A stretch of 63,394 nucleotides of DNA, the filler included, from Candidatus Eiseniibacteriota bacterium (GTDB taxonomy: Bacteria > Orphanbacterota > Orphanbacteria > Orphanbacterales > Orphanbacteraceae): NCBI GenBank assembly GCA_043809585.1. It is 4 parts of 4 records of this genome, joined end to end, with 100 filler letters (N's around TTAATTAATTAA, not from the genome) between each part and the next. Parts side by side here need not be neighbours in the genome. Positions count along the whole stretch, not along the records: positions 27,091 to 57,449 come from JBDROZ010000056.1; 3 more parts are not named here. One strand, 5' to 3'. A program made the position numbers and the translations under genes. The stretch's first letter is position 1. Each line of letters starts with the position of its first letter. Below are positions 29,921 to 39,592 of this stretch, piece after piece. The notes beneath the pieces are model-generated. The model ran no database searches, was not told where the DNA came from, and worked only from the letters and a program-made list of their open reading frames with translations.

Positions 29921-31103
29921 TCATGCTCTCTCCGTGCCCTCATTCAGAAGGGAGAGGTAGCGGTCGTAGCCGAACAGGCGATTCCTTTTCTTCCCGGTCA
30001 GCTCACGAATGATGCCCAGAGACTCCAGAAGACGAAGGGACGAGTTCACCGTCGGCGCCGAGAGACCGGTCTCGTTGGCCGCTCGTTCGATGGAGGTTAC
30101 CGGACGGGACTTGAGGACTTCCTGTACTCGGAGGGCGGATCCGGCCGCCCGTCCTTCCCCCTGAATCCTGTCTCTATCTTCATCGAAAATAGCCATGAGG
30201 CGCTGCACCGTCGCGACGGCGGTATCCGCCGTTTCGTGGACTCCGGTCAAGAAGAACTCGATCCATTCTTCCCAAATCCCCTCCTCGCGCACCTGCTGGA
30301 GTAGGTCGTAGTAGGTTGGGCGGTTCTGCTTGAAGTAGAGGCTGAGGTAGAGCATCGGCTGACGGAGGATCTCCTCGGCGCAGAGCACGAGGGTGATCAA
30401 GAGCCGGCCGACCCGCCCGTTCCCATCGAGAAAGGGGTGGATCGTCTCGAAATGGACATGAGCGAGAGCCGCCTTGAGCAGGATAGGAGGGGCGTTCGTT
30501 TCCTCGTGGAGGAACTTCTCGAGGGCGCCCATGCATTCCGGCACGAGATGAGGCGGGGGGGGGGACAAACGCAGCGTTCCCCGGCCGTGTACCGCCGATC
30601 CAATTCTGAGAGCGTCGAAACTCGCCGGGATCCCGGGTGCTCCCCCGCCCTCGGGAGAGGAGCACTCCGTGGATTTCCCGAATCAGGCGATTCGAGAGCG
30701 GGAATCCTCCCCTCAGGCGATCCAGTCCATGTTCGAGCGCGGCCACATAGAGAGAAACCTCCTCGGCATCGTCCCGGGGCCCTCCCGGCGCCTCATCGAA
30801 CTCGAAGAGAAGGAGATCGGAAAGAGACGATTGCGTTCCCTCGATCTGGGAGGAGAGGACCGCCTCGTTCCTGACATAGGTATAGAGGAAGAACGCGGGA
30901 TCGGGCAGCAGCGTGGTAAGAGAGTCGAGACGTCCTAGAGAAATCAGCGATTGTTCGAGGAGGCGTTGGAGGGGGCGGGACATCCGGAGGGGAGGCTCGG
31001 GGGGCAGAGGATGGGGGATGAACGTCCGGACGCTCTCCCCGCCGACACCGCTGAAGTAAGGCTTCTTGTTTCCCGCGTAACTTCGGCGTAACGCCCCTAG
31101 CAT
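29921..31103 (-). CDS. Fic family protein (class II) split by a frameshift at a G10 run
   Basis: Inhibitory motif SSQIEG, PGEFRRSQNWIGG, then HPFLDGNGRVGR and a C-terminal HTH in the other frame; start uncertain. Confidence 0.85.
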
Positions 31104-31199
31104 ATGCTACCCGGTGTAGGCTCTAGAAAGTCCCGGAGCAAGGGTCATGGGGGCCGTCCGGCAGCGGTCCCGGGGAAGAATGCCGAGGAGGAGAGAGTG

Positions 31200-32198
31200 A
31201 TGAGACTCACGACGACCGTCGTCATCGGGACAATCGCCGGGCTCTCGATCGCCGGCGTCGCCGGCGCAGGGACCTGGGACGTGACCGCCGACTGGAGCGA
31301 CACCCAGAATCCGAACGGGGTCTGGTCGTACAACGCCGCCGTCGGCGATCCGCTCACGGTTCATCAGGAGGACTACGGGCTCTGGGAGGGCGATCCGCCC
31401 CAGCCGGCGTGGGCGTTCAACCCCGTGTCCGTCGGCGGCGCCCACCTGCCGAGCTTCCTCCGGTGCACGGACGACGTGACCGGAGGGGGGCTGGACTATC
31501 CCCTCGGAAAGGTCTTCATCCACGGGAACGACGTCTGGAACTCGCCCCCCGAGTACCAGAGCGAGAGGGCGAACGTGGCGTGGACGAGTCCGATAGAGGG
31601 GGAGGTCGTGATCGCCGGCGGCATCTGGCACCCGAATCCCGGCATCGGGCGGGACGTGGACTGGGAGATCTGGCGGAACCAGACGATGCTGACCTCCGGC
31701 ACGATCGCCTACGACGGCCCCTACTCCTCCGACTCGATGATGTCCTGGAGCGAGGGATCGGGGGGAGAAGGCGCCCTCACCCTCGAGGTGGGAATCGGGG
31801 ACGAGGTCCGGCTCGAGATTCTCTGGAATCAGAACTTCGTCGCGGCTTTCTTCGCGGGGGTCGACTTCCGGATCGACGGGACCGAAACCGGCGTCGGCGC
31901 CGCTCCGGACGCTCCGGCCGCGCTCGTGCTCGAGCGGAACCGGCCGAACCCGTTCAATCCGACGACGACGATTCGCTATGGGATCTCCCGGCCCTCTGAT
32001 GTCCGGCTCGTCGTGTACGACATCGCCGGCCGGCGCGTCCGGACCCTGCGGGAGGGCGGGGAAGAAACGGCCGGTTTCCACGAGGTCTTCTGGAACGGCC
32101 GGGACGATTCGGGGACGCCCGTAGCCTCGGGAACCTACTTCTATCGCCTGGTCGCCGGCGATCGGTCGGAAACGAAGCGCATGATTCTCGTACGTTGA
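31200..32198 (+). CDS. Secreted protein with a C-terminal FlgD-Ig/T9SS-like domain
   Basis: Signal peptide; NRPNPFNPTTTIRY..VYDIAGRRVRTL..WNGRDDSG.PVASGTYFYRL. Confidence 0.85.
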   Translation: MRLTTTVVIGTIAGLSIAGVAGAGTWDVTADWSDTQNPNGVWSYNAAVGDPLTVHQEDYGLWEGDPPQPAWAFNPVSVGGAHLPSFLRCTDDVTGGGLDYPLGKVFIHGNDVWNSPPEYQSERANVAWTSPIEGEVVIAGGIWHPNPGIGRDVDWEIWRNQTMLTSGTIAYDGPYSSDSMMSWSEGSGGEGALTLEVGIGDEVRLEILWNQNFVAAFFAGVDFRIDGTETGVGAAPDAPAALVLERNRPNPFNPTTTIRYGISRPSDVRLVVYDIAGRRVRTLREGGEETAGFHEVFWNGRDDSGTPVASGTYFYRLVAGDRSETKRMILVR

Positions 32199-32245
32199 CG
32201 GAAGCGGTCAAGGGCATCGGGGCGGACGCCTCTGTACGTGTATGG

Positions 32246-32273
32246 CGGTGACGGTCACCGGTGAGTGTCACCG
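32246..32273. repeat. Tandem GGTGAC-type palindromes
   Basis: cggtgacggtcaccg and cggtgagtgtcaccg; related GGTGACAGTCACC at 38917 and 39124. Confidence 0.55.
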
Positions 32274-32310
32274 TTTCTAAACCGCCACGGTTTCCACCTT
32301 TTCACTTCCG

Positions 32311-33408
32311 TTACAGCCGCCGCGCTATCTTCCAGTAGCCGTTCAGGAGCGCCGAGAGGGACCGGAGGGCGAATCGTGCGGTCCCGGACCGCACGAATCC
32401 TCGGGTGATCGGAAGTGGACCGCCGCTCAGAATCTCCAGGTCCCGCCGCACCCGCATACGTTGGACACTCCGGCGCTTTACGCGGATGTCTCCCCTGTGA
32501 GCCAGCAACCAGAGACGCGCACGAATCCAGGCCCCGATCCATCCTCTCATGATGGAAACCACGAGCCCCGCCGTTTCGTAGAGGGCGAAGACGGGAAGGA
32601 GGAAAAGCATCGTCCGGGCTTCGTAGTGAATGAAGACCGTCAGCCAGTGGTGCCTCATAGTCAGGTAGGCCCGCCGCGCGGGGTAGGTCCCCTCCCCTCG
32701 GAAGGAGAGCCCGGCGGTGCCGGCCCCGCGATCGTGATCGACGACCGCGTTCGAATCGCAGATGAGCATGTGGCCGAGGGCGCGCATCCGGTAGCTGAAC
32801 TCGAGGTCCTCGAAGTAGAAGAAATACGTCTCGTCGAACCCGCCCGCGGCGAGCACCTTCTTCCGATCGAGGAGGAGGGCGGCACCGATGCAGCCTCCTA
32901 CCTCCATGGCGTCCGCCGAGAGTTCGTCCGCCGCCCGCCCCTCGTGGCGGAGCGCGAGAGTCCCCGCGAAGTGGATCTCCGCTCCGTCGCACTGGACCGT
33001 CGTTCGTTCCGGATAGAAGACGATCCGAGGGACGACAACCGCCGGTCGCCCGCGGGCGAGATAGGTCTCCAGCAATCTCTCGAGGCACTCCCGGTCGACA
33101 TACATGTCGGCGTCGAGACTGAAGACGAGATCCGTCCCGGCCCGGCGTAGTCCCCGGTTCCGCGCCCGAGAGATCCCCGCGTTCCCCCCGATTTCCTCGA
33201 CCTCGGCATCCGGGAACCGCTGCCGGATCGCCCGGACGCTTCCGTCGGTGGAGCCGTTGTCCACTACGACGATTTCCTCGATCGGAAGGGACTGAGAGCG
33301 GAGCGCCTCGATGCAGGAGAGAATGCGATCACCGCCGTTGAAGTTGACGACCATGGCGCTCACGGACGGCGCCGCGCCACTCTTCATCCGATGATCCTCG
33401 TCCGTCAT
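32311..33408 (-). CDS. Family 2 glycosyltransferase
   Basis: VVNFN, VVDNGSTDGS, LDAD, FDE.YFFYFEDLEFS.R. Confidence 0.92.
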   Translation of the reverse strand: MTDEDHRMKSGAAPSVSAMVVNFNGGDRILSCIEALRSQSLPIEEIVVVDNGSTDGSVRAIRQRFPDAEVEEIGGNAGISRARNRGLRRAGTDLVFSLDADMYVDRECLERLLETYLARGRPAVVVPRIVFYPERTTVQCDGAEIHFAGTLALRHEGRAADELSADAMEVGGCIGAALLLDRKKVLAAGGFDETYFFYFEDLEFSYRMRALGHMLICDSNAVVDHDRGAGTAGLSFRGEGTYPARRAYLTMRHHWLTVFIHYEARTMLFLLPVFALYETAGLVVSIMRGWIGAWIRARLWLLAHRGDIRVKRRSVQRMRVRRDLEILSGGPLPITRGFVRSGTARFALRSLSALLNGYWKIARRL

Positions 33409-33435
33409 GCCCGCCCCGCTTCCCCGGCCGCCCGG

Positions 33436-34941
33436 TCACACACCGGTGAAGAACCGGACCGCCTTCCGAACGCTCCCCCGCGGTCCGAGCTCCCGCATCC
33501 GCCGCCATCCGACGCCGGTGAAGATCGACCGGAGCCGCCCGATCGAGTTCCTCCGGTCCACCATCTTCTCCATCGCCGAGACGATCTCCCGGAACCGCTC
33601 CGGGCCCACGTTTTCGCAGAAGGAGTTCATCGGGCTCTGATGCCCGTAGAGGGATGGATCGTGGTGTTCGCCGATGAGGCCGCGGGCGCGGCACTCCTCG
33701 TACGACTCCGAACCGGGGTAGGGGGTGAATACGCTGAAGTGAATCCGGTCGCACCGGGCGTTCTTCATCGCGGAGAACGTGTCGGCGAGGGTCGCCTCCG
33801 TGTCGTCGGGAAACCCCACCATGAAGAGGCCCACCGTCTCGATGCCCGCCTTCTGTATCGTTTCGAGCGCCCGGAGGCTCTGGCCGATCGTCGTCTCCTT
33901 CCGGATCTTCCGGAGGATATCGTCGTTCCCCGACTCGACGCCGATCTCGATCGAATGGCACCCCGCCCGCTTCATGAGGGCCACCGTCTTCTCGTCGATC
34001 AACCCGGCGTGGGTTTCGCACCCCCACATCATCCCCGATCCCCCGTCGATCAGCGCCTCGCACAGCTCGGTGAGACGCTTCCGGTTTACCCCGAAGGTGT
34101 CGTCCGAGAAGTGGACGAATCGGAGCCCCTTCTCCCGGAGTCCGTGGATCTCGCGCATCACGTTCTCCGTCGAACGGAAACGGACCCGCCGGCCCCAGGT
34201 CGTGCGGGAATCGCAAAACGAACAGGCGAAAGGGCACCCACGGGACGAGAAGATGTAGCGGAAGGCGGTCACGGCATGGAGATCGTGATCCTTCAGAACC
34301 GCCGACGCGACCTCGTGGGGGAAGGGGAGAAGGTCGAGGTCCTCGATCAGTTCCCGAGGCGGGTTCTCGACGGGCCTTCCCCCCTCACGGTAACCGATTC
34401 CCAGGACGCCCTCGAGACTCCGGTCCCCGTCGATCGTCTCGAGCACCTCGACGAGGGTCCGCTCCCCTTCGCCGCGGACCACGATGTCGACGGCCGGGAC
34501 CCGGAGCGCTTCGTTCCGCACCGCCGAGGCGTGGGGCCCGCCGAGGAGGACGGTGATCGCGGGGTCGACCTCTTTCGCGATCGCCGCCACCCGGAATGCA
34601 GACGCCGAATTCGGGGAGCGAGCGCTGATACCCGCCACCCGCGGTCCGAACTCCTCGATCGTCCTCCGGACCTCGCCCCACACCGGATGGTTCCGGTCGT
34701 CGAGCGCGTCCCGGTAGTTCGCGAACCCCTCTTTCGCCAGGTAGGAAACCCGGAGCTGCTCCGATGTCCCGCAGAAGTCGGCGTTGTAGACGAGCACGTT
34801 CCATTCGGTGTTCTGCCGAACCGCCGCCGCCAGATACCCGGGCCCGAGAGGGTAGCGGTCGAGCGATAGGGTGCTCTTGAACAGCCTTTGAAACGGAGGT
34901 TCCACGAGAAGGATCCTCCGTGAATTCCGGGAGAGGATCAT
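33436..34941 (-). CDS. B12-binding radical SAM protein (class B methyltransferase-like)
   Basis: PLGPGYLAA, GGPHAS, VRGEGE, SRGCPFACSFC, DDTFG, GVESG, FTPYPG; ATG 34941 overlaps the upstream stop. Confidence 0.9.
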   Translation of the reverse strand: MILSRNSRRILLVEPPFQRLFKSTLSLDRYPLGPGYLAAAVRQNTEWNVLVYNADFCGTSEQLRVSYLAKEGFANYRDALDDRNHPVWGEVRRTIEEFGPRVAGISARSPNSASAFRVAAIAKEVDPAITVLLGGPHASAVRNEALRVPAVDIVVRGEGERTLVEVLETIDGDRSLEGVLGIGYREGGRPVENPPRELIEDLDLLPFPHEVASAVLKDHDLHAVTAFRYIFSSRGCPFACSFCDSRTTWGRRVRFRSTENVMREIHGLREKGLRFVHFSDDTFGVNRKRLTELCEALIDGGSGMMWGCETHAGLIDEKTVALMKRAGCHSIEIGVESGNDDILRKIRKETTIGQSLRALETIQKAGIETVGLFMVGFPDDTEATLADTFSAMKNARCDRIHFSVFTPYPGSESYEECRARGLIGEHHDPSLYGHQSPMNSFCENVGPERFREIVSAMEKMVDRRNSIGRLRSIFTGVGWRRMRELGPRGSVRKAVRFFTGV

Positions 34942-35963
34942 GGCTCCCTGCTCGCTTCCGGCGCGCCCAAGTCGGGTGCGCGCCCACGATTGACCGACTC
35001 CTTCGATGGGGTAAAGATCACTCGTGTCGCCTCGGCGATTCCGCCGGTCAGGCCGTAAAGAAAATTGTATCCGTAGAGGATGAGCGAAAAGGCCAGCGCC
35101 TCGGCGGGGTCCGCGCCGTATCGGGGAAGAAGAAGAACGAGTGCTCCCTCCCGGAGACCAAGCCCGAAGACGCCCGCCGGCACCGTTTGAATCAGGTAAA
35201 CCATGGAGATTATCCAGAGCTGGGCCACGAGGGGAATGTTCAGCCCGAGTGAGTGGGTGACGGCGATGAAGAGAAGGACGCTCGCCGCTTGGCTGACCAA
35301 GGGCACCGCGAGAATGATCGTCGTCTGTCGTGCGGAGAGGGATTTGAAATTTCCGAGGGAGACGAACACGCCGAGGATTCCCCGCCGGAATCTCTCCGGG
35401 ACCCACCGGGGCGCGCGGCCGATCGACAATTCAAGCCGGCGCGCCGTCGAGTCGCGGAAAAGGAGGAGTGCCGCCGCAAGCCCGGCCACGAGGGCGGCCG
35501 GGACGACGAAGGTGTTCTCGAGTCGGAGGGGATTCTCGACGAGAAGCGCCGTGATTCCGACCAGGATGATGACGGCGGTGTTCACGATGCGAAGGAGGAG
35601 CATGGTGGCGAACGCCTCGGCCCGCTTCCCGCCCTGCCGAGTGAGGGCGTACCACTTCACCACCGCCCCCCCCGCCTCCCCGCCGGGGAGAACGAGGCCG
35701 TAGAAGGTGGAGATCGCGTTGATCAGGAAGGCCCGGATGATGGTGAGCGGAAAATCAAGATGTCGGATCGCCACCGCCAGCTGCCAGGCGCCGAGGGATC
35801 GAATCGTGAGCAAAAGGACGAATCCCACCGCCAAGGACGCCGGGTCGGCGGCGGCGAATACGCGGACGACGTTCCCCGGCCGGAGCGTCGCCAGGAGGTA
35901 CGCGAGGATCCCGATGCCGATCCCGCACCGGGCGATCGTCACGATTCTCCTCGAACCGGTCAT
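34938..35963 (-). CDS. Lysylphosphatidylglycerol-synthase-TM / flippase-like membrane protein
   Basis: Multi-TM; LPGG..GG, P..GLGLREG. Confidence 0.8.
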   Translation of the reverse strand: MTGSRRIVTIARCGIGIGILAYLLATLRPGNVVRVFAAADPASLAVGFVLLLTIRSLGAWQLAVAIRHLDFPLTIIRAFLINAISTFYGLVLPGGEAGGAVVKWYALTRQGGKRAEAFATMLLLRIVNTAVIILVGITALLVENPLRLENTFVVPAALVAGLAAALLLFRDSTARRLELSIGRAPRWVPERFRRGILGVFVSLGNFKSLSARQTTIILAVPLVSQAASVLLFIAVTHSLGLNIPLVAQLWIISMVYLIQTVPAGVFGLGLREGALVLLLPRYGADPAEALAFSLILYGYNFLYGLTGGIAEATRVIFTPSKESVNRGRAPDLGAPEASREP

Positions 35964-35970
35964 GGCGCGT

Positions 35971-36648
35971 TCAGTCCCTTCCGTTTCGTTTCATGAGGAC
36001 ATACCCGGTGGTCTCGGAGAATCGGGGGAGCGCCCGGCATACGATGAAGTTGAGCGACCGGAGAAGGGACCTGGCGATTCGGGAGGGGAGCCGGGATCCG
36101 GGCGCGCCCCGCTTGGAGCCGTGATACCCGTACATGTCGTCGATGAAGACCTCGTCCACGACGATCATCCCGTAGCGCTTTGCGAGCTGGCACAGGACCT
36201 GCCCCGTAAACCAGCACGTGTGGGCCCGGTTCGCCTTCCCCCGGCGGCCGAAGAGGAGTTCGCCGATCCGGACGAAGCCGAGCGGATTGGGCGTGGTGAC
36301 CAGAAAGTTCCCCCCCCTCGCCAGGTGACGCGCAACGCTTCGGAGAAACAGGCCGCAGTTGGACATGTGCTCGATGTTGTCGGTGGCGAGGACGAGGTCG
36401 AATTCCTTCCCCAGTTCCATCGCCTCCGGATCGGCCGGGATCGCGGGAAGGCCGAGCGCCCCGAGCCGGGCCGCTTCGCCGGGGGAGTGAACCACGGCAA
36501 TCACGTCGTCCCACTTGTCCCGCAGGGCGCGGTAAAGCACGTCGTGCTTGTCGATGTTCCCCCGGTCGTCGTCGACGCTGCCGATGTAGAGGATTCTCTT
36601 GCCGGCGGCGTACTTTTCGATCCAGTCGAGTTTGTCCCTATACCGCAT
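35971..36648 (-). CDS. Class I SAM-dependent methyltransferase
   Basis: GKRILYIG, FDLV...IEH, VTTPNP. Confidence 0.75.
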   Translation of the reverse strand: MRYRDKLDWIEKYAAGKRILYIGSVDDDRGNIDKHDVLYRALRDKWDDVIAVVHSPGEAARLGALGLPAIPADPEAMELGKEFDLVLATDNIEHMSNCGLFLRSVARHLARGGNFLVTTPNPLGFVRIGELLFGRRGKANRAHTCWFTGQVLCQLAKRYGMIVVDEVFIDDMYGYHGSKRGAPGSRLPSRIARSLLRSLNFIVCRALPRFSETTGYVLMKRNGRD

Positions 36649-37840
36649 CGCCGTCCGTTCCCCGCTCGTGGTGATTCAACAGGCGATAATAGGTCTCCTC
36701 GAGCCGCGCACCGAGGCAAGCCCAGTCCAGATTGCCCCGGAGCGTCTCCTTCGCGTTCACGCCGAGCCGTTTTCGGAGGTCGCTCTCTTCGAGGAGTCGG
36801 ATGATCGCGCCGGCCAGCGCCTCCGGGTCGCTTCCCGAGGCGATCAGCCCGTTCTGTTCGTGGGTGATCAGCTTTGCCGAGCCCTCGAAGCAGACGATCG
36901 CCTTCCCCGCGGCCATGTAGTTGGCGATCTTCTGGGGGAAACCGGCGCAATCCGTCCTCGGGCTGACCGCGATGTCGGCGGCGGCCAGGTATCGGGGCAC
37001 GGCTTCGAAGTCCCGGACCGCTTCGAGGATCACGTTCTTCCGGATTCCGAGTTCGTCGCATGCTTTCATGATGCGCGAATCCCGGGAGTCGACCACGAGG
37101 AAAAGCACCGCCTCCGGATGACGATCGATCACCTTTCTCATCGCATGGACCAGAAGATCGACGCCCTGGAAGGGGGCCAGGGAGCCGGTGTACATGACGA
37201 TGGGCCGGCCGTCGAGGCCGTGACGCGACCGCACCCCCGATCCGTCGGCGGACTCGAAAGTGACGGCGTGGACGCCCGTCGGGATCACATCGATCTTCTC
37301 CTCCGCCACCCCTGATCCGACCATAATGTCCCGGAGCGTGTCGGAGCAGGCGACGACATGGTCCGCCCATTCGGGGACCCGCCGGTCAAGGTATTCCGCG
37401 AGCCACCGGATGTTCAGGAAGGAGTAGGCGGGTAGCTCGCTCTTCAGGGTCGTGTGCGCGTCGTAGATGACGGGAACGCCCCTGATCCGGCGGACCGGGA
37501 AACCGGCGAGGGCCCCCTCGAAGTGGTGGGCGTGAATCAGGTCGACTTTCTTCTTCTTCACCACCCGCATCAGCTGGAGGGAGAGGAGCGGATCGAGGAG
37601 AAGGAGTTTCGTGAGCGTCGGTCCCGGCCGGAACCGGGAGTAGGGCATCCGCGGAGTTCTCACGATTTCGAAACTCCCGTTCCCGGAATCGAGACCGAAG
37701 TGATAGGTCACGACGGTGACGCGGTGACCGCGGGCGGTGAGGGCCTCCGCCATTCCGAGAACGCGGCTCGGCGTCCCCCGGTTCGCGGGGAAAGGGCAGG
37801 CGGCCGCCATGGCGACGTGGAGTTGTTTCGGCCGAGACAT
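36638..37840 (-). CDS. Family 4 glycosyltransferase
   Basis: IHAHH, YTGSL..QG, GFPQKIANYMAAGKAIV. Confidence 0.9.
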   Translation of the reverse strand: MSRPKQLHVAMAAACPFPANRGTPSRVLGMAEALTARGHRVTVVTYHFGLDSGNGSFEIVRTPRMPYSRFRPGPTLTKLLLLDPLLSLQLMRVVKKKKVDLIHAHHFEGALAGFPVRRIRGVPVIYDAHTTLKSELPAYSFLNIRWLAEYLDRRVPEWADHVVACSDTLRDIMVGSGVAEEKIDVIPTGVHAVTFESADGSGVRSRHGLDGRPIVMYTGSLAPFQGVDLLVHAMRKVIDRHPEAVLFLVVDSRDSRIMKACDELGIRKNVILEAVRDFEAVPRYLAAADIAVSPRTDCAGFPQKIANYMAAGKAIVCFEGSAKLITHEQNGLIASGSDPEALAGAIIRLLEESDLRKRLGVNAKETLRGNLDWACLGARLEETYYRLLNHHERGTDGDAV

Positions 37841-37871
37841 GCCGTCCCCTACAAATAGTCGTGTCGCCGGG

Positions 37872-38888
37872 CTACTGCCGGAACGCGTCCTTCAGGGACC
37901 GCCCCGCGTACACCAGCTTCTTGTATGCGCCTCTGCCGTACTTCGCCAACAGAGAGTAACTCTTGACGTACCGATGAACGGGCATCGGATGCCCGTTGAA
38001 CTTGTCCTTGAAACGCCCCCCGTGAACCGGAACCCGGTAGTTGTCCCCCAGGCTGTACTCCCCGATTCCCGCCCGCCCGGCGAGGGACATCACCGTCCAG
38101 TGAAGGATCTCGTTCGGGCAGAGGGGTTGATCTTCCCGCCGGGACGCGGTGCTTAGAGAATAGACGCGGCGGCGGTCATGGGGGAAGAATCCGGAGGCAA
38201 TCGTTCTCTCCCCCTGTCTGACACGGAGGCAGTAAAGTAAATCTTGGGGCTCTAGGTTTCGTTGAAGACTGCGGAAGAACTCCCGGGAGTGGGGGGGGGC
38301 GCTCTTCTGCTTCGCGTAGACGTCGAGAAGCATGTCGTGATGCTCGTCGGCGAAGGCCGGATCGCCGCAATCCTCCACGACGAGGCCGTGGGCCCGCGCC
38401 TTTCGGATCCGGTTCCTGGCCTTGCTCTTGAGGCCGTTCCACAGGCTCGGTTCGTCGGCCGAGAGGGGGATGCGGAATGTCATCCACTCCATCGTTGTGT
38501 AGCCGGCGTTTTCCATGACCTCTTGTCCCAGCATGGGGCTCCCCATCTCGATTTGATGGATGCCGTAGTGGCGGCACATCCGGTCCATAGCGCCGAGGAA
38601 CTCCTGGATGTCGAACTCTCGATCGGCGACCGGCCCCATGTACTCCGTCAACCATCCCGAGAGGGGGCTGCCGAGGATCTTCATGGGCCCCTTCTTCACC
38701 AGGAGGCCGGCGAAGTAGCCCGCCGTCTCCTTCCGATCGACGATCCGGAACCGGAAAGGGATCGCCGACTGGGTCTCCTCGAGGAATCGGAACCAAGCGG
38801 AATGGTGGCAAAAATAGGCCGCTTCGTAGTGAGCGACGGCCTCGTCCCACGCTTCGGCGCTCCAATCTTCGATGAGCGTGAGTTCCAT
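37872..38888 (-). CDS. GNAT/FemAB-like acyltransferase
   Basis: WD..V, RNRIRKA, PNEILHW, FKDKFNG. Confidence 0.78.
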   Translation of the reverse strand: MELTLIEDWSAEAWDEAVAHYEAAYFCHHSAWFRFLEETQSAIPFRFRIVDRKETAGYFAGLLVKKGPMKILGSPLSGWLTEYMGPVADREFDIQEFLGAMDRMCRHYGIHQIEMGSPMLGQEVMENAGYTTMEWMTFRIPLSADEPSLWNGLKSKARNRIRKARAHGLVVEDCGDPAFADEHHDMLLDVYAKQKSAPPHSREFFRSLQRNLEPQDLLYCLRVRQGERTIASGFFPHDRRRVYSLSTASRREDQPLCPNEILHWTVMSLAGRAGIGEYSLGDNYRVPVHGGRFKDKFNGHPMPVHRYVKSYSLLAKYGRGAYKKLVYAGRSLKDAFRQ

Positions 38889-39592
38889 TATCCCGGCCGT
38901 CCTTCCTGAATCCCCTGGTGACAGTCACCGGCGACTCTTCCCAACCAGAGTGGGAAAGCCATGCGCCGGTTCCGCCAGAATGGGACATGGATCTCCCACT
39001 CCCCGCCCGCAGTCCCCCCGGGGGGAGGTGGGAGCCTCCGCATCTATAGTACTTATCGGAAGTTCCCCGCGGAACAGGAGAATAGCAGTTTCGGCAGCGG
39101 GTTGCGGGTAAGTCGGGAAGGGCGGTGACAGTCACCATCGCCCACCAATGAGTCCGAAAAGTACGGGGACGAGAGAGGGGCTCAGCATTCTCCGAAGCAT
39201 CGGTGCCGGACACCGCGGCATCCGATCGGGTCCGTTTCTCGGATCCCGAGGAGAGCTCTTAGACCCGTTCGTCCGGGATCGAGACGGCCCACCCCATCCG
39301 TCCGCGCGGATTTCCATCCCCCTGAGGTTCTCAGAACGTTCTTGTCTCGGCCAGGAAGATTCTCGTCCGCTCGTCGGGGCGGGGTGGGCGGAGGGCCCCG
39401 GCTCGGATTCGTGTCTGCGGTGCAACCCCATGACTTACAATCAGATACAATTCAGTCCGGTTCGCGGGTCGAATCGTCTTCCCTGCCCCCGCTCCGGCCC
39501 CTCTCTTGCGGAAGAGCCCAATCGGGAAGCCGGGCCGACTTTCCTCTGAGCGAGTAGGAAATGCAAGTAAGCAAGGAAGCGAGAGGAGATCC

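Noticed and set aside
33436..35406. N-terminal extensions given by the ORF track (radical SAM, DUF1385, rpmE, wzt, BtuB, TPR)
   Set aside because: They overlap neighbouring genes or the riboswitch; internal starts fit the family N-termini and often have an RBS or stop/start overlap
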